From Amoebophrya sp. A120 (lineage: Eukaryota > Protista > Dinoflagellata), in assembly GCA_905178155.1 (NCBI GenBank), contig CAJINV010000010.1, positions 932,425 to 996,424 of the forward strand: DNA of 64,000 nt, given 5' to 3'. Each line of letters opens with the position of its first letter. The first letter of the stretch is position 1. This document shows, in pieces, positions 1 through 13,953 of this stretch. A program made the translations under genes and the position numbers. Under the pieces are notes generated by a model. The model was not told the origin of the DNA. It searched no databases and was given only the letters and a program-made list of their open reading frames with translations.

Positions 1-3000
1 CCTTTGAAAAGCGAAAACTGGAGAGCAGCAATTCCGCCACGGATTTGGTATGTCCGAGCAGTCCCGACCACCTGACGCGGCAAGACAGCGCCGCAGCCGC
101 GTCGCACGCCTTTGTGCAGAAGAGTCCGAAAAACCTGCGCCGGGTGTCCGACACCAGTGCCTTTAACGTGCCGGGGATGGGCTTCGGGAACTCGCTATGC
201 AATACAAATTTCATATTCATCATTCTGTACACGACGTACTGCAAAATGCGTCACAATTTTCTCGCTTGATAGATTTAGAGTGTAAATAAAACACGACCTT
301 CTTTATTCATGCTGACTAGAAGGATTGATGAAGGTATCAGGTGGTTTTGTCAGGCAGAAACCGCATTGCCGGTACGTGTGTGTGTGGGAAATTTGCTGTG
401 GATAGTCGCCTAACGGGAAAGGACAGGCGTCAGAAGCCAACTCCCCCTCCAACGCGGCAAAACTCAGTGCGAGCAAGAGACACAGCAGCTCCTCGAGCTC
501 CACCGTGAATGCATTCCGCGCGGCGATCGACCGGTCATTGTCAACCACCTTGCAATATCAAATGCAAAAGTGTCTGGGTCTGGAAGAGTGTAAACCTGTC
601 ATGCAGGTTTTCCATGACCCATGAGGTCTGGAATGCGGGACTTGGCATGACAGACTCTGTGAGGTCTCTGCCATGCCTATCCTGCAGGAGAAACTCCCTC
701 CAAACTTGGTCAAAAGTGGATAGTTTCGGGCACTCACGCAACACAGATTTTTGAATGATTCGGATTTAGCATGACAAGTTGCAATCTTCCAGACCCAGAC
801 ACTTTTGGAATCCATATGCAAATGAACAGCACGCTGAGAAATCAGAGATCCACAACCGACGACGCGGACGACGCAGCGTCCACGAGCAGTGTCGGCCGGG
901 CCAGTTCGCAGGCCGGCAACAACACGTCCACGACGAGTGGAAACGGTACGCACAACGCCGCGACCGTATCACGGGGAAGCTGCAGCAGCAGTCACAATAT
1001 GCATTGCAAATATGTAATGTGGGTCTGGAAGGATGCAAGGTTTGTCATGCTTGTCTGGCGTGACTGAAGAGTTTGTGATGCGTGTCCAAGAAGAGACCCT
1101 CTTGCTCGTCATGCAAGCCGCAGTCTGTCATGCGGAAAGCGCAGTAGTAAGCAGCGCAGATTTTTCTCATGCTTGACTGTGCATCACAGAGATGTCACTA
1201 TTCACAACTCAGCATTACAAGTTTCCAGACCCAGATCGATATTTGCATTTGATACACAAAAAACGCCGGTCCAGTCGGAACTTTTTCAAGAGCAGCTCCG
1301 GCACAACTGCTGCGATGAACAGAAGCTCGTCTTCCATAGGAGCGCCCTCCCCTGCGAAGAAAAAGAAGAAGAAATCGAAGAAGAAACGAAAGAGCAGCTT
1401 GATAGGTCGACCGACGAACGGTAGTATGTTGGTAAAGGACGACGGAACCACGTCCAGTATCACCACCAATTTGGAAAACGGCACTGAACTGTCTGGGGCG
1501 GAATCACAGTCGGAATCCCAGTCGGAGAACAATGACGACGCGGAGGACCTGCATTCCGGGGGGGAAGAGGAGCACGGGATGAAAATGAGCTCCGGTATCA
1601 ACTGCAAATATGTCTGGGTCTGAAATAAACTTGTGATGCTGAATGGCGTACCATGATGAGGCCACAAGTGACGGCTCAGCATGACAAGTTTCTGAGCTTC
1701 TAGGTGTTGCCTATTGTGCATGGCAAACTGTAACTGCGTTTCTACATCACAGAAAGTTGGGGCTTTAGGGTAACGTGCATGACAGACTTGAGAGCTTTGC
1801 TAGCAGAGCATGAGAAAGTTGCATTCTTCCAGACCCAGGGATATTTGCAATGCATATCCGGCGACGAGGAGCAAGATAATTGCACTCCTGACGATGCTGC
1901 TGGCGAATGTGTTGACATAAAAAATGACGAAGAGAAGAGATTAGGCGTCGGGAGTACTAGTGGTCCGCCGGGTGGTGCGGCTTCGGCAAGTATGGATTGC
2001 AAAAATGTCTCGGTCTGGAAGAGTGCAAGAACTTGTGATGCTATTTTTGGAATCTAAAAAAGTCTGTATTGCATGAGCAGCAAGAGGCGTCCAGTTTTTG
2101 CTCCGCGGAGAGGGCATTTGTCATGCGGGATGGGCATCAAGATACCCGCAAAAAATCTGTCATGCTAGGTCATGCATTACAGGCAAGGCATCATAGCCCA
2201 TGAAAAATATGCATGACAAACCTTGAAATCTTCCAGACCCAGACATTTTTACAGTTGATAGCAAGAACGGTGCAACCGGTGGTGTTTCAGCAGCTGCAGA
2301 AACACGAACAGAAGATGCGAAACCTGTACAAATATCAAATGCAAAAATGTCTGGGTCTGGAGGGTCAGAACTTGTGATGCTAACTTCGGACTCTAAAAAA
2401 GCCTGTATTGCATGACCAGCAAGAGGAGTCTAGTTTGTGCTACGCGGGGAGGGCGTTTGTCATGCGGAGTAAGCATCAGGAAGCCCTCTAGAAATCTGTG
2501 ATGCTAGCAGGTCGTGCATTACAGACATCCTGGGTCATGCAAAACATACATGAGAAGTCTCAGAATCTTCCAGACCCAGACGCTTTTGCATTTGATACCA
2601 AAAATAGCAGGCTGATGTCGGACTCGCTACCCGAGGTGGCAGATGTCCGGGAGCAAGTGAAAGCGAGGGTCAGGGCAGTAGTGGGAGGCGGAGCTGCGCC
2701 GGGGGCCACTTCTAGTGGTCTGACAGATTCTAGCGCCGCGGGTACGTCTATCGGTACAACAGGTGGCGACAAAGCTAGAAAGGCGGAGGAACTACTGGAG
2801 AGAGAGCAATCTCCTACTCCTTCCACCAGAAATAGTAGTAATCGCGCGAGGATGGTGGATCTGCATTGCATCGAAGTGCCGACAACTACAACAGCTTCTC
2901 GTGCCGCGCATGCAGCAAGAACTGGCATTGACGTCGACCACCAGGATCAGGAGGATGAGACGGAGGCGATTATAAAACAGGTAGAGCATATCGCAAGAAA

Positions 3001-6000
3001 AAACTGTGGTAGTTCTTGCACTGTGAAGAGCTTGTGATGTTGCAGAGAATGAAAAGCAAAAGTGTTTGTCGTACTACACCCGCAAGAGAAGTTATTGGAT
3101 GTTTAATTGTGTTTATTTCCCTTCACTTGGGAGGCGCGCATGGCAGATTTATTCCTGTGTCATGATGATGTATTAATGCACTTCTTGCAAAAAAAATCTA
3201 TCATCGATCACAGTGAAGAAACAGTTTTTTTTTCGTGGGATAGAGCAGGTTATGGCCGAGGGGGAAGAGGAAGAGGTGGACGCCGTAACGGATGATGACG
3301 ATATGGATTGGAAAAATGTCTGAGTCTGGAAGATTGGAACTTGTAATGCTAGCTCTCCGTACCTAGAAAATCTGTATTGCGCCATAACCAACAAAAGTCA
3401 CAGCGTCTTTTGTCATGCAAAAACGCAGTTTCTCATGCGGATTGCCTATGAGAAAGCGTTTTGGGAAGTTGTCATGCCGGACTGCATTCGGAAGCGTTTT
3501 CATCATGCACATCTTAGCATCACAAGTTTCCAGACCCAGACATTTTTGCATTTGATAGACGAAGATGAAAACCAACAAGACGAGGAAATAAACGAATACG
3601 AGGACTTCGTCATTCCAAGGTCGCCTTCGCCGGATCGCGGATCGAGAAACGAAAAGATAGACCTGATTGTAGGCAACCTGCAGAAAAAAGACAAGAAAAA
3701 CACGACGAGTTGTAGTAAAAAAGCGACCGGAGGAGCTGCAGCTGGTACAACCAATGACGCGTCGGACAGCGGGGGGCTGTCTTCCACGGACACGGGGGCC
3801 TCGGACACCGACGAGCTGACTGAATCTTCGGAAGAAATTATTGGGAGGAAAAATCCCCCCTCCACCGCATATTGGACAGGAAATTTGGTTTGCTGGATTT
3901 GCGTACACAAGTCGGTTTGTATTGCCAGAAGGGCAAGAGACGCAGGCGTGGCCGTGTTTGCGGGCAATTTGCCATGCTGTTCCCCACTTCCAGTTGTCTC
4001 CTGTCATGCTGAACATGCAAGGCCTTGTTCGCACGCCAGCCAGGAGCACTACATTTCGTATCTTTTGCCTTCTAGCATGACAACATGACTTGTGGTCGCG
4101 AATCGTGCTACACAAATCCCCGTCTTTATATGGGGACGAGGGGGATTTTTCATTTTGATAGAAATGGACGAAAAAGCGAGGCAGTACCGCTTCATCGAGC
4201 ACATTAAGGAAATCTTTCGCCAAAACTGGAGTCAGATGGGAACAAGTAGTGGCGGTCGTGGGAGTTCTTGTATAACCAAGAACAATAGCACGAGTGGTTT
4301 GAGTTTGACTACGTCTACGGAGACGGACTCCTCGTCCAGAATAAATCCACCAGGAGTGCCGGACAGTGTAGAGTCTATCATCGACCGGCTCTACGATGTG
4401 TATGCGGATAGCGAGACCAGGGGGACAACGAAAAAATACTGCCGAGCGATGGAAAAGCAATCCAATGGCCGGGACGATTTCAGTTTCTTCTACTCTCAGG
4501 ATGCGAAGGTAGTACAAGATGAATATATCAATTTCTATTGGACGTTGATTGTTTGCCTGTTTCGATAACTTGTCGTGCATGTTGCACAAGGATTTCTGTC
4601 GTGCTCGTGCAACAAGAAGTAAGTACATTACATATGAAAGCGATGTTTCAACACCTACTATTCCACACAGCTCGCAAAAACCCCGGAGGAGCGGCGACGG
4701 GCGGAGATCGAGATCCAGAAAAACCGTGCGTTGTACAGTGAACGGAGTGACAAGATCACAGCGGAGTACACCGAGGAAGATGCGTTTTTGGATGCGCTGC
4801 TAAAGGCCATGCCCCGATCCTTCCACACCTTTTACGGCGACGCGGCGGCCTACATTTTCAAGTCGCCGCACCTTTCCCGTGGACGGGGATTGAAAGTGAT
4901 GACTTGCATATCGCAAGAAAAAACTGTGAACTTGTGATGCATAGAATGGAACACGGAACTATTTGTCTTGCTACACCTGCAAGACCTTCTTGACTCTTTA
5001 TTAACGGCGTTTTCCCTTTGGAAGTGCGCGTGCCAAATTTTCTCCGTCACGTGTAAGAAACTTGTGATGCAGATCTTGCACAATCATCTTCATCACAGTG
5101 AAACAGTTTTTTCGAGGGATATTGCAGGGGAAAGCTACGCCCAATGCTCGAGGAGGCGTACTTTTTTATTTGTGAATTATCAGTCTGTTTCTTCAATAGA
5201 TCTTTCCTGCATAACATGCAACATCTGTACACAAAAGCGTTTTCGTTCTTATATGAGCGAAACGAAACTCAAAATAGAAAAAAATGCAAACATTCAGGTA
5301 TTCGCGCTCCGCCCTGAACCAGCGCTGGTTTTGCATCGTCCAGAAGTATCTCGAGAAACCCTTTCTCGTTGACTACCGGGGGGAGTGCGTCAAGTGCGAT
5401 TTGCGGCTGTGGGTGAGCGCCTTGAATTGGAACCCGGTGGTTGCGCTGGTGCACCACCAACCCTATTTCCGGTTCGCAACCAAGCCCTTCGGATTTTCGA
5501 GGGTAAAGCAAGACCAGCGGGCGCACTTGACCAACCGAACGATCCAGGAGACCAACGATGGCGTGGCGAAGGGAGCGGAGGACGACGACCCCGACTACCA
5601 GCTGGTTTTCGAAGAGTTTCTGAATTATTTGCGGAAAAACTACGGGGAGCCCTGGGTCGAGAGGTGGCACAGTTTCACCTGGCCACTGATGCTCGACGCC
5701 GCCCGGTGCGCCTTGCTCGCTTCGCAGGACGCCGTGACCCACGCGCACTTCACCTACACGAAAAAAGCCGCCTCGAAGCTGGAGCGTGTGGGGCGGCAGG
5801 TGCAGGACGGGCCGAAGGCGTTCGAGCTCTACGGGGTGGATTTTTCCCTGGACTACGAACTGCGGCCCTGGTTGCTGGAAGCGAACGTATCGCCGGACTT
5901 GCTGGGACACAGCGGAAAGACGCTGAAGCAGCAGTCGCGGGACGCGCTCGACGAGCTGCTGACCATCGTGCTGAAGGAGCCAAAATTATCAAACAAAAAA

Positions 6001-9000
6001 GTTCATCGTCAGAATCACGCATGCGCATTGTTGCAATACAAAACTTTCTGTCATGCGTAAAAATGCATCACAGCCAAACTTCATAAGGGATCTCGTCCCT
6101 AGTGTTTCTGCAATACAAGGAAAAGCTGTCAACGTGCTAAAAAAAAATGTGTAATGCAAAGCCTGCAAGTTAGTGACTGTGATAAACTTTTTCGCGCCAT
6201 GAAAATCGGTGCCGATCGGGATGCAGAACGTGGTGCAGAACCCGAAGATCGCCGGGCAGAATTTCACCCCGAACATTCCGCACAGCTGTCTGCCCCCGAA
6301 TATCCTGTGCAAAAGTATCGTACTCGTATAAATGCAAGTCTTGCATTACAAAAACAAATCCTTTTCTTAAGGTAAATCGAAATCCGCATTACAAATTTTA
6401 TTTCTCATGCTGAGGGAATTTGTAATGCATTTATACCTGAACCTGTGCGAAGATACTTGTGCAATGCATACCGAACATTGCGCGGCAGAAGGTGTGCTGC
6501 AACGACAGCACCTGTTTCACGCGACACGGCGTCAACCTGGTTCCGCCCGCGCTGGTGTGCGGGTACCAAATCGGCGAGAAGAAATGGTCACTGTTTCTGA
6601 AGGGGCCCCGCTACGAACCAGTGGAGCTCGCGGACCAGTTTTCCCGGCGGAAGGCCATCGAGTGGAGCAAGCGCGCACCGTACGCGCAGAGCTGCTCGAA
6701 CAACAAGGAAAGCGCGCAGCCGGGACACGAGGCCGTGATCCGGAGGTTGCTCCTGAACACGCCCTACAGTAGGGTGTCGAAGGAACAAGCGGAACAATTA
6801 CTGAAGAAGAACGGGGGGCAGCTGTCTTCCAGCCCGAAGTCCCCGAAGAGACCCTGGAACGCAGTGAAGTCGCACTTTGAGCGCGACCGCGAGAAGATGG
6901 AGTACTACAAAAAGTTCCAAAGCGGGAATATGAGTAACGCAGCCTCTATCAAGTCCAAATATGTCTCGGTCTGGAGGATAGCAAGATTTGTCATGCTAGT
7001 CTGGCACGACTCTGCACTCTGTATTGCGTGGCCACAAACGGCCTCTCTCATTTGTCATGCAAAAACGCAGCTTCTCATGCGGAATACTTACGCAGCACAG
7101 AAGCACGAAAAAACTTGTCATGCTTGGCTGCGCATTAGAGTTCACCTTCACTTATTGTTCACTGACTTGCATCGCAAGTTTCCAGACCCAGACATATGTG
7201 CAATGCATAGCCTCCTCCCCCAAAATCGGCGCCTCCGCTGCAAGCGAGATGATGCAGGAACAAGGAGCCAAAGACTCTCCGAGGACCAAGATGTTGAACC
7301 AAATCTCGGATGCGGCGGAATTCGTGTCCAATGTGTTGAAAGGGAGCAAGGAGCGGATGGGACAGTTGGGAAGTGGCGCCTCATCATCATCTCCCGGCAT
7401 ACCCGGCTGCGAGTTTGGGTTGACCAAATCTGGGCGCCCACGGACCAGCGGAAACAGTATCGTGCACAATCTGTCCTGCGAGATCCTGCCGACGATCCCC
7501 TCCAACACCAACGACAGCGAGAATGCCGACGTGGAGATCAACGGGGCAGTCAACGACGTCAGCTTAACGACCCCGAATGACGACGTGCTGGCGGGAAACC
7601 CGCAGTCGGGCACATCGCCGATATCAAATGCAAAAATGTCTGGATCTGGAAGATTCTGAGACTTGTCATGCATGTTTTGCATCATGACCCAGCATGTCTG
7701 TACTGCACGACCTAGCATGACAGATTTTTAGTGGGCTTCCTGATGCCTACTCCGAATGACAAACATCCTCCCCGCGTAGCACAACTCCTCTTGCTGCTCA
7801 TGCAATACAGATTTTCTTAGAGTCCAAAGTTAGCATCACAAGTTCCAAACTTCCAGACCCAGACATTTTTGCATTTGATAACCGAGCTCGAATAACAAAT
7901 CTCCGCAGTTGTTGTTTCTCAACAATTATCCTCTGGCGCAATAACTTATATCGCACTCGTATGATAGTAGGTGGTGCAGTCTGGCATGACAGATCTACCT
8001 TCGTATACCTGAAACTGCATGAGAAGTTGTTCTATTCGTGGATATTGATGAACTGTTTCTGATGCAATAAATTTGTTCGTACTACTACTAGTGCGATACA
8101 TAGTTTTTGCAATGCATCACAAGCAGCAAGACCAGTCACTGTCCCCAGTTTTGGTCCGAAACTCGCAGGAAGAGCTAGACTCTGTCGCGGCCTACTACGC
8201 GCAAAGTCCCACGACGCCGATGCAGCAGCACAGCCCGGGACTTCTCGCGGAACAGCATCAAGCGGGTGGTACTAGTGGTAGTCAGGCAGGGATGATGAAC
8301 TGGCAACCGAACAACAAGGCGGTGTCTCTATCCTATGTGAAAACGTCCCCACCCCAGAGTTATCATGCAAATGCGCATGGTAAAAATGCTTCTCATGCGG
8401 AGCCCCATGAGAGGCATTTTCTAGTCGTGTTTTGGAATTTGTCATGCTCTAATACGCATGCTATGCCAAATCTGTCATGCTGCTGAGCAAGCTAAACTGG
8501 ATTACACTACGAGGCCAAACTTGTCATGCGCAGCAGCCAAAGCTGGTTGATTTGTCTAGCAGATTCCCCAACTTGACGATGGGGTGGGGACGTTTTTGCT
8601 CAGGATAGTCGCCTACACTCTTTTCCGCCGCGGCCTTGGGGAAAAACAAGCAGTACGAAGGCAGCCCCTCGTACGGAAGCGTCAGGATTGAAATCGTCAA
8701 AGTTGAAATAGTTTGTGATGCATAAAATGCAACCCGCAAAATGTCTGTCTTGCAGAGTAGGCAAGGGAGGCAGATTGCAAGCCTATTGAAGGGTGGGAAT
8801 CGGGCTGCTAAAGTAGCATGACAAAAGGCGTCTGCCTTACCCAAGCAGCATGACAAACTGGATTTCGGTTCTACCCAAATTTGTCATGCGCCAGTTAGAA
8901 ACTGGGTTACAGCTGGCATTTGTTTTTATGCATCACAAATCATAATTTCACCTTTGTGGATTTCGATCCTGACGCTTCCATACCTCGGAACAGTGGGTCG

Positions 9001-12000
9001 TCGAATCGTTTTCGCCGAACCATCTAATGACGGCAAACGTGCTCGCAGTGCAGGGAGCGGTCGCGAACCGGAGCAACACGGCGTCGAAATCTTCTGCCAC
9101 AGGCTCCACAGTGTCCGGCGCGAGCGCGACGACCAGCTCGAGTAATCTACAGAACAACAGCCAAGCTGCCACCGGCTCGCCGGCCGCGAAACAGTTTCTG
9201 TACCCCGGCGTGGTGCAGCAGAGTAATTCGAACTCCGGAGCTGCTGGGGTAGCTGCAACGACTAATTTCACGGCTTTCACGACCAAGGAGCAGCGTCGCG
9301 GCTTCCAGGAGGGCCCAGTTCTCGGGTCCAATTTCTCCCTCAGTCCCTACCACAACAAAAACAAAAAAAGCAGCCGGATTCGCGGCAACAAGTACGAGTT
9401 GCGGGCCCGCGTCAGCTCGGGCGGGGGCTACAACTCCGCAAACATGTTGAATGCAGGAAGTGGTCTAGCGCAGAAGAGTCCGAGCGGGTCGCAGATTAGC
9501 AAGCAGTCGCTGCTGGCAGAAATGATGGAGAAGTCCGAAACCAACCCGCGGTCCGCTACGCGCGTCATGGAATTGAATACAGCGCTTGGTGAGCAGCTCC
9601 ACCAAGTGGCCATGCGGTTGGAAAATTCTGCCTCCGGTTTGCTCGTGCCCGAGAATTGCAACAGCGGCTATTTGGACATGAACAGTCGGGAGTTGAACAA
9701 CACTTCTTCGCACCAACATGGCGAAGATCAGTTGCAGCTGCCGCGGGTGGACTCGTATCGAATGCAAAATTGTCTGGGTCTGAAAGGATGCGCATGCGAA
9801 CTTGTGATGCATACTTAGATCACACAAAAATCTGTCATGCCTGGACAGCAAGAGGAGCTCTTTTTCCTGTCGCCGAAAGAAGGTGTTTGTCATGCGGTTG
9901 CGGATTAGGCATTGGGATTGGGAAACCGTCTCATAACCTGTGATGCGAGGTCTTGCATGCCACACCTTCTGTGTCAAGCAGATACAGCATCACAAACCTC
10001 AGCAATGTTCCAGACTCAGACATATTTGCAGTTGATAACTCGCCCAAAATCCACCACATCAAACCTTCCACCTCCAACACAAGTCCCCGAGCCGCAGATC
10101 ATAAACCGCACTACGGCAGCGGGGGCGTAACTTCAACCCGGGCCTACACCGCAAGTAGTCTGCATGGTAACAGTCCTAAACACCCCACGAATTCATCCAG
10201 CAACCGGCTACCGCCGAAACCCACGCCAAACCAAGGAGTGATTCCAACCTGGAAAATTTTAAAAAAATCGTCCAAATCCCCGACGGATGTTGACGCAGTG
10301 AACGGCAGTCCCACGACGAATCACCCCTACCACGGCGAGATGAAGTACAAATCGCAATATGTTGGAGCAGGAGCAGCAACGGGCAGCACGTCTCACTTGC
10401 CATTGCAAGGCCGGTCCCCGCAGGCGTTGCTCACTCTGCTGCAGCAAGCTGGCGGGAAGGGCGGTGATGCTGAGGAAGAGGAACAATTGTACAGCTTGGA
10501 CGACGTGGCTGATGGCGCAGCAGAGAAGAACAAATCTTGGACGCCCATCGTGGACTACGGAGGTGGGAGCAAAAATATGGAGCCGGGCGCTGCTAGTGCT
10601 ATCGCTGGGAATATCAATTCTCGCAGTAGTCCGGACCACGGGGCTAACAAGGGGTCGCCGTCCACCTCTCCTTACATGTCGCCGCAGCACTCCACCAGCT
10701 CCAAGCACCAACTTATCACAAGGAAAAATCCCCCCTCCCCATATCGAAAGGAAGTTTCTGATGCTGGATTTGCGTATACGAATCAGGTTTGTCTCGCAGT
10801 AGAGGACTGTAGGCTCCTGCCAAGCCTGAGTAGAGAGCTTTTGCCTAGGCGCTTAGCATGAGAAACGACTATGCTGTAAGAGCAACAGCATCACAAACCG
10901 CCTGCATAATGCGGCAGAGCCTGGGGTGTTGTCTTCTTGCAAGACAGACGTGATGTGTGGTCTCAAATCAGCAAGACAAATTTTCGGAAACATACCGTTT
11001 CGATATGGGGAGGGGGGACTTTTCCTCTCAATACAACTGCACAAGCAGCGACCCCGAGAGCGGCTTGGGTACAAGGAGCTGCAGGAACAGGTAGAAAATT
11101 CCACGTCCGGGTCGCCGAAAAACCTTTCCAGCGGCAAGAATATCAAATGCAAAAGTGTCTGGGTCTGGAAGATTCTGAGACTTGTCATGCACGGTTTGCA
11201 TGAGCCATGATGTCTGTGATGCGTGCCCTAGCATCACAATCTCTTCCAGGGATCCTTGATGCCTATTCCGCATGACAAATGCCCTCTCCGCCTAGCAACA
11301 ATTAGACTCCTTTTGCTGCTCATGCAACACAAATTTTTTAGACATCCAAATGCAGCATCACAGGTGGTTGCATTCTTCCAGACCCAGACATTTTTGCATT
11401 TGATAAAGAAGAAAAAGCTGCAACTTGACAGTTTGGATCGCGACATTTTGAACCTGGCCGCGGACTCCACTCCGCGAACGTTTCGTATTGCAGAGAAAAA
11501 AGTTAGCATAACACATTTGTATTGCAAAAACAAGTACATGGAAATTTTTGTCTTGCATACTAGCCAAAACAGGACGAGGACTCCTGCGCATGAGAACTTG
11601 TTTTCCTAGTTGCCTTTAGCATTACAAATGTCTTGTCCTCTCAGCTTTTTTCTGTGTTATGATTCGCGACAAGATTCTGCGTCGAACGGCCGCCCACCGT
11701 GTCGAGCGTGGTGCGGGGAACAGATACCTGGCCACAAGTCCGGGCGGGGGTGTGGAGCATACGGGGAGCCACAGCCACGGGGTTAATGCGGTCGAACAGC
11801 AAGTGCACTATTTGCCGCTCCGTGAAGAGATCAACTACGGGCAGCCCACCACGCACTTGGGTCAAGACGATCCGGTCCAGGAGCAGCTGTACGCAAGAAT
11901 CAAAAGTTCCAACAACCTGACGACCGGTGGTGGCGGTACTTCTTCCATGACCAATAGCAAACCTCGGAGCTACGGGGGTAAACCGAATTTGTCGGAGTTA

Positions 12001-12030
12001 ATTCAAGAGCCGTTGTCAAGAAAATTTTGA
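1..12030 (+). CDS. Tubulin-tyrosine-ligase-like protein (TTLL3/8 glycylase-like), 5'-partial, multi-exon, long low-complexity flanks
   Basis: TTL motifs: YIFKSPHLSRGRG (~4850), IVQKYLEKPFL..KCDLRLWV..NWNP (~5335-5435), FELYGVDF..PWLLEANVSPDL (~5820-5900). Exons rejoin where checked after removing introners plus one direct-repeat copy. Stop at 12028-12030. A single gene across the full span is inferred. Confidence 0.75.
196..404. mobile_element. Introner-like insertion (degenerate)
   Basis: TAT..ATA ends, DR ctcgc/gtcgc, weak TIR. Confidence 0.55.
556..816. mobile_element. TIR introner, family 1 (TAT..TGTCTGGGTCTGGAA)
   Basis: ~30-bp TIR, DR tgcaa. Confidence 0.9.
998..1254. mobile_element. 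TIR introner, family 1
   Basis: TIR, DR cacaa. Confidence 0.9.
1596..1856. mobile_element. TIR introner, family 1
   Basis: TIR, DR tccgg. Confidence 0.9.
1991..2260. mobile_element. TIR introner, family 1
   Basis: TIR, DR gcaag. Confidence 0.9.
2333..2597. mobile_element. TIR introner, family 1
   Basis: TIR, DR acaaa/ccaaa. Confidence 0.9.
2989..3242. mobile_element. TIR introner, family 2 (TATCGCAAGAAAAAACTGT)
   Basis: TIR, DR gagca. Confidence 0.85.
3302..3557. mobile_element. TIR introner, family 1
   Basis: TIR, DR gacga; very similar to 57142-57394. Confidence 0.9.
3839..4160. mobile_element. TIR introner, family 3 (GGAAAAATCCCCCTCCCCATA)
   Basis: TIR, DR gaaat. Confidence 0.85.
4909..5121. 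mobile_element. TIR introner, family 2
   Basis: TIR, DR ttgca. Confidence 0.85.
5987..6201. mobile_element. TIR introner, family 4 (AAAAAAGTT)
   Basis: DR aaaat; body is the reverse complement of part of 17157-18302. Confidence 0.75.
6301..6470. mobile_element. TIR introner, family 5 (TGCAAAAGTATCGTAC)
   Basis: TIR, DR ccgaa. Confidence 0.85.
6947..7209. mobile_element. TIR introner, family 1
   Basis: TIR, DR gcctc. Confidence 0.9.
7622..7880. mobile_element. TIR introner, family 1
   Basis: TIR, DR gccga/accga. Confidence 0.9.
8329..8607. mobile_element. TIR introner, family 6 (AAAACGTCCCCACCCC)
   Basis: TIR, DR gtctc/gtcgc. Confidence 0.8.
8672..8982. mobile_element. TIR introner, singleton family (TACGGAAGCGTCAGGAT)
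   Basis: ~24-bp TIR, DR cctcg. Confidence 0.85.
9756..10037. mobile_element. TIR introner, family 1
   Basis: TIR, DR actcg. Confidence 0.9.
10714..11033. mobile_element. TIR introner, family 3
   Basis: TIR, DR caact. Confidence 0.85.
11141..11405. mobile_element. TIR introner, family 1 (opposite orientation to 1991-2260)
   Basis: TIR, DR aagaa. Confidence 0.9.
11486..11661. mobile_element. TIR introner, family 4-like
   Basis: Weak TIR, DR tttcg/attcg. Confidence 0.65.
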
Positions 12031-13953
12031 AGAGACATAGTAGTTGCAGACCACCGCGACAAAAATTCACTACGTACTAGTTTTCTGATGTACATCAATT
12101 CAGGATCTGGCGGAACTCTTGTAGTCAAAGTCATGCTACTTGTCTGCGTGATTTCATGGCGCACTTCTGGTTTCAGATTTTTACTACAGGTGAAGCATCC
12201 GATTTCATGCGTGTCGTCAAAATCGTCATCTAGATATGGAAATCAGTTTTTTGAAATAACATCAAGACCAACCATGTAGTCGGCAGTCAGGACAGACTGC
12301 GACAAGAAATCTCAATGCTTTTTAGTTATTCTACTACCATTAAATCGAGCGAAGAGTGGTCCTCGTTAAGAGAACGGGCCACGGCGGGCGCGCGCCCGCT
12401 CATGTGACCTTTTTGTTTTTACCTATCACCTTAATTTACGTTATTACATGATCAGAAATTATACTCAATGTCACCGGTATTTGTATGATTTTCGTTTTTC
12501 CTTTTCTTTTTCATCCTTGGATCAGTATTTTCGTCAGAGAACTACAATCTAGATGCAATTTTAGGTAGAATACTCCATATTCATGTACATTACTAGACCA
12601 TTGCTGTTATTTCACATTGATTTATAATTCGAGTTTATGCGAAAATAAATTTGGAAGTTCTACTGGAGAATTTGGTACGAAGAATCAAACGAGATTTAGG
12701 TTATTTTAGAGTTCACGATCACGACCTACACCTACTTGGGTCGGCGTCGGCAGTACAGGTTGGTAGTTCTCTCTGTTTCAGTTTTTAGCATAGTTGGTCT
12801 TTCCTCTTTCTGATTCTGGTTCAACTTCAAAGTGATTTCGTCTGTATAATTTGACATTTACAGCCTTTTCTGAGGAGGCGATCGAAACGAAACAAGAAGC
12901 ACGCAGCACGATGATAATTTTTGACGAGTTTCCTCTTCAAGCCCATGGTAGGTTTTCATTCAGCATTTCGTCCACCCTTCGTGAAATAGCTTTTGCGATG
13001 AAAATGTTGTCCACTTCTTCCCACGAGGTACTCAAGTCAGTCCTGGCTGCGAGGGACGAAATTCTACCTACGTAAAGTACCAACGAGAGAACTGATCTTG
13101 TCTACGTGACAATCAGTTTCTCCTCCTTTCCCTTGCCAGTTTTGATGTTGTCCTGCGGATCATTGATATTTATTCTGTTTCTCCGTTGTACATAGCATCT
13201 TGAGCAGTAGTTTCAACATTCATGATTTTTACCTGTCGTGACAACAACTGCTGGTGTGCGACACTTGGAAGCTGAAGGTACATGTGTTTTCGTGAGTCGT
13301 AGAGAAACATTTTCTCCTCTCGTAGATGCTTTGTTCCAGGGCTGTTCGAAGATGTGTCCGGTAGAAAAGAACCTCGCGACTTTGTTGATCTTGAGGTGGA
13401 AATAAAGAGTGCAACAGCTCCACCCCAGGACCAAAAATGATCTAAATGATAATGATCTTGTTCTCTCCTCGTCGTCCCGTGCAAGACAAAGACTACTGAA
13501 AGGAGATCACTGCAGTTCTTGAGAACTAATCGAGACAAGTGAAAGAAGTTCCATAGAAGTGCTCCTCGAGACCACCGACAGCAGATCCGAAATCTTCAAT
13601 GCGTTCACTCAAGAGAATCTTCCGCAAAGGGAATTCTTTTTGTTCCCTGTAGGTACGAAAAAAAGATCACAAAGGGATCATGACGTACAGATCTGCTCTC
13701 TTCTTCATGACGTACCTCGTTGTTCTGGTGCTCTCTTCATCAATGACAGTAGTGCATTAATTATAATTTCTGACCACAGAGACGACGACCGAGGGGTAGA
13801 AATGATTTTTCGCTTAGGAGATGACGAACCACTGCTGCATATTAGGTTCGAAGTAAATTTGATGAACTTTGCATAATTCCAGTACCGTACACTACAACAA
13901 GAGCTTCCCCTTGAAAACAGAAATTCCCTTGAACGTACAGAATCTACTCCACC

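Noticed and set aside
7890-8120. Possible additional degenerate introner in the TTLL gene
   Set aside because: Motif remnants are present, but no clear TIR/DR boundaries could be set.
12088-13876. Short ORFs between TTLL and MTR4
   Set aside because: AT-rich, no recognisable motifs; likely UTR or intergenic.
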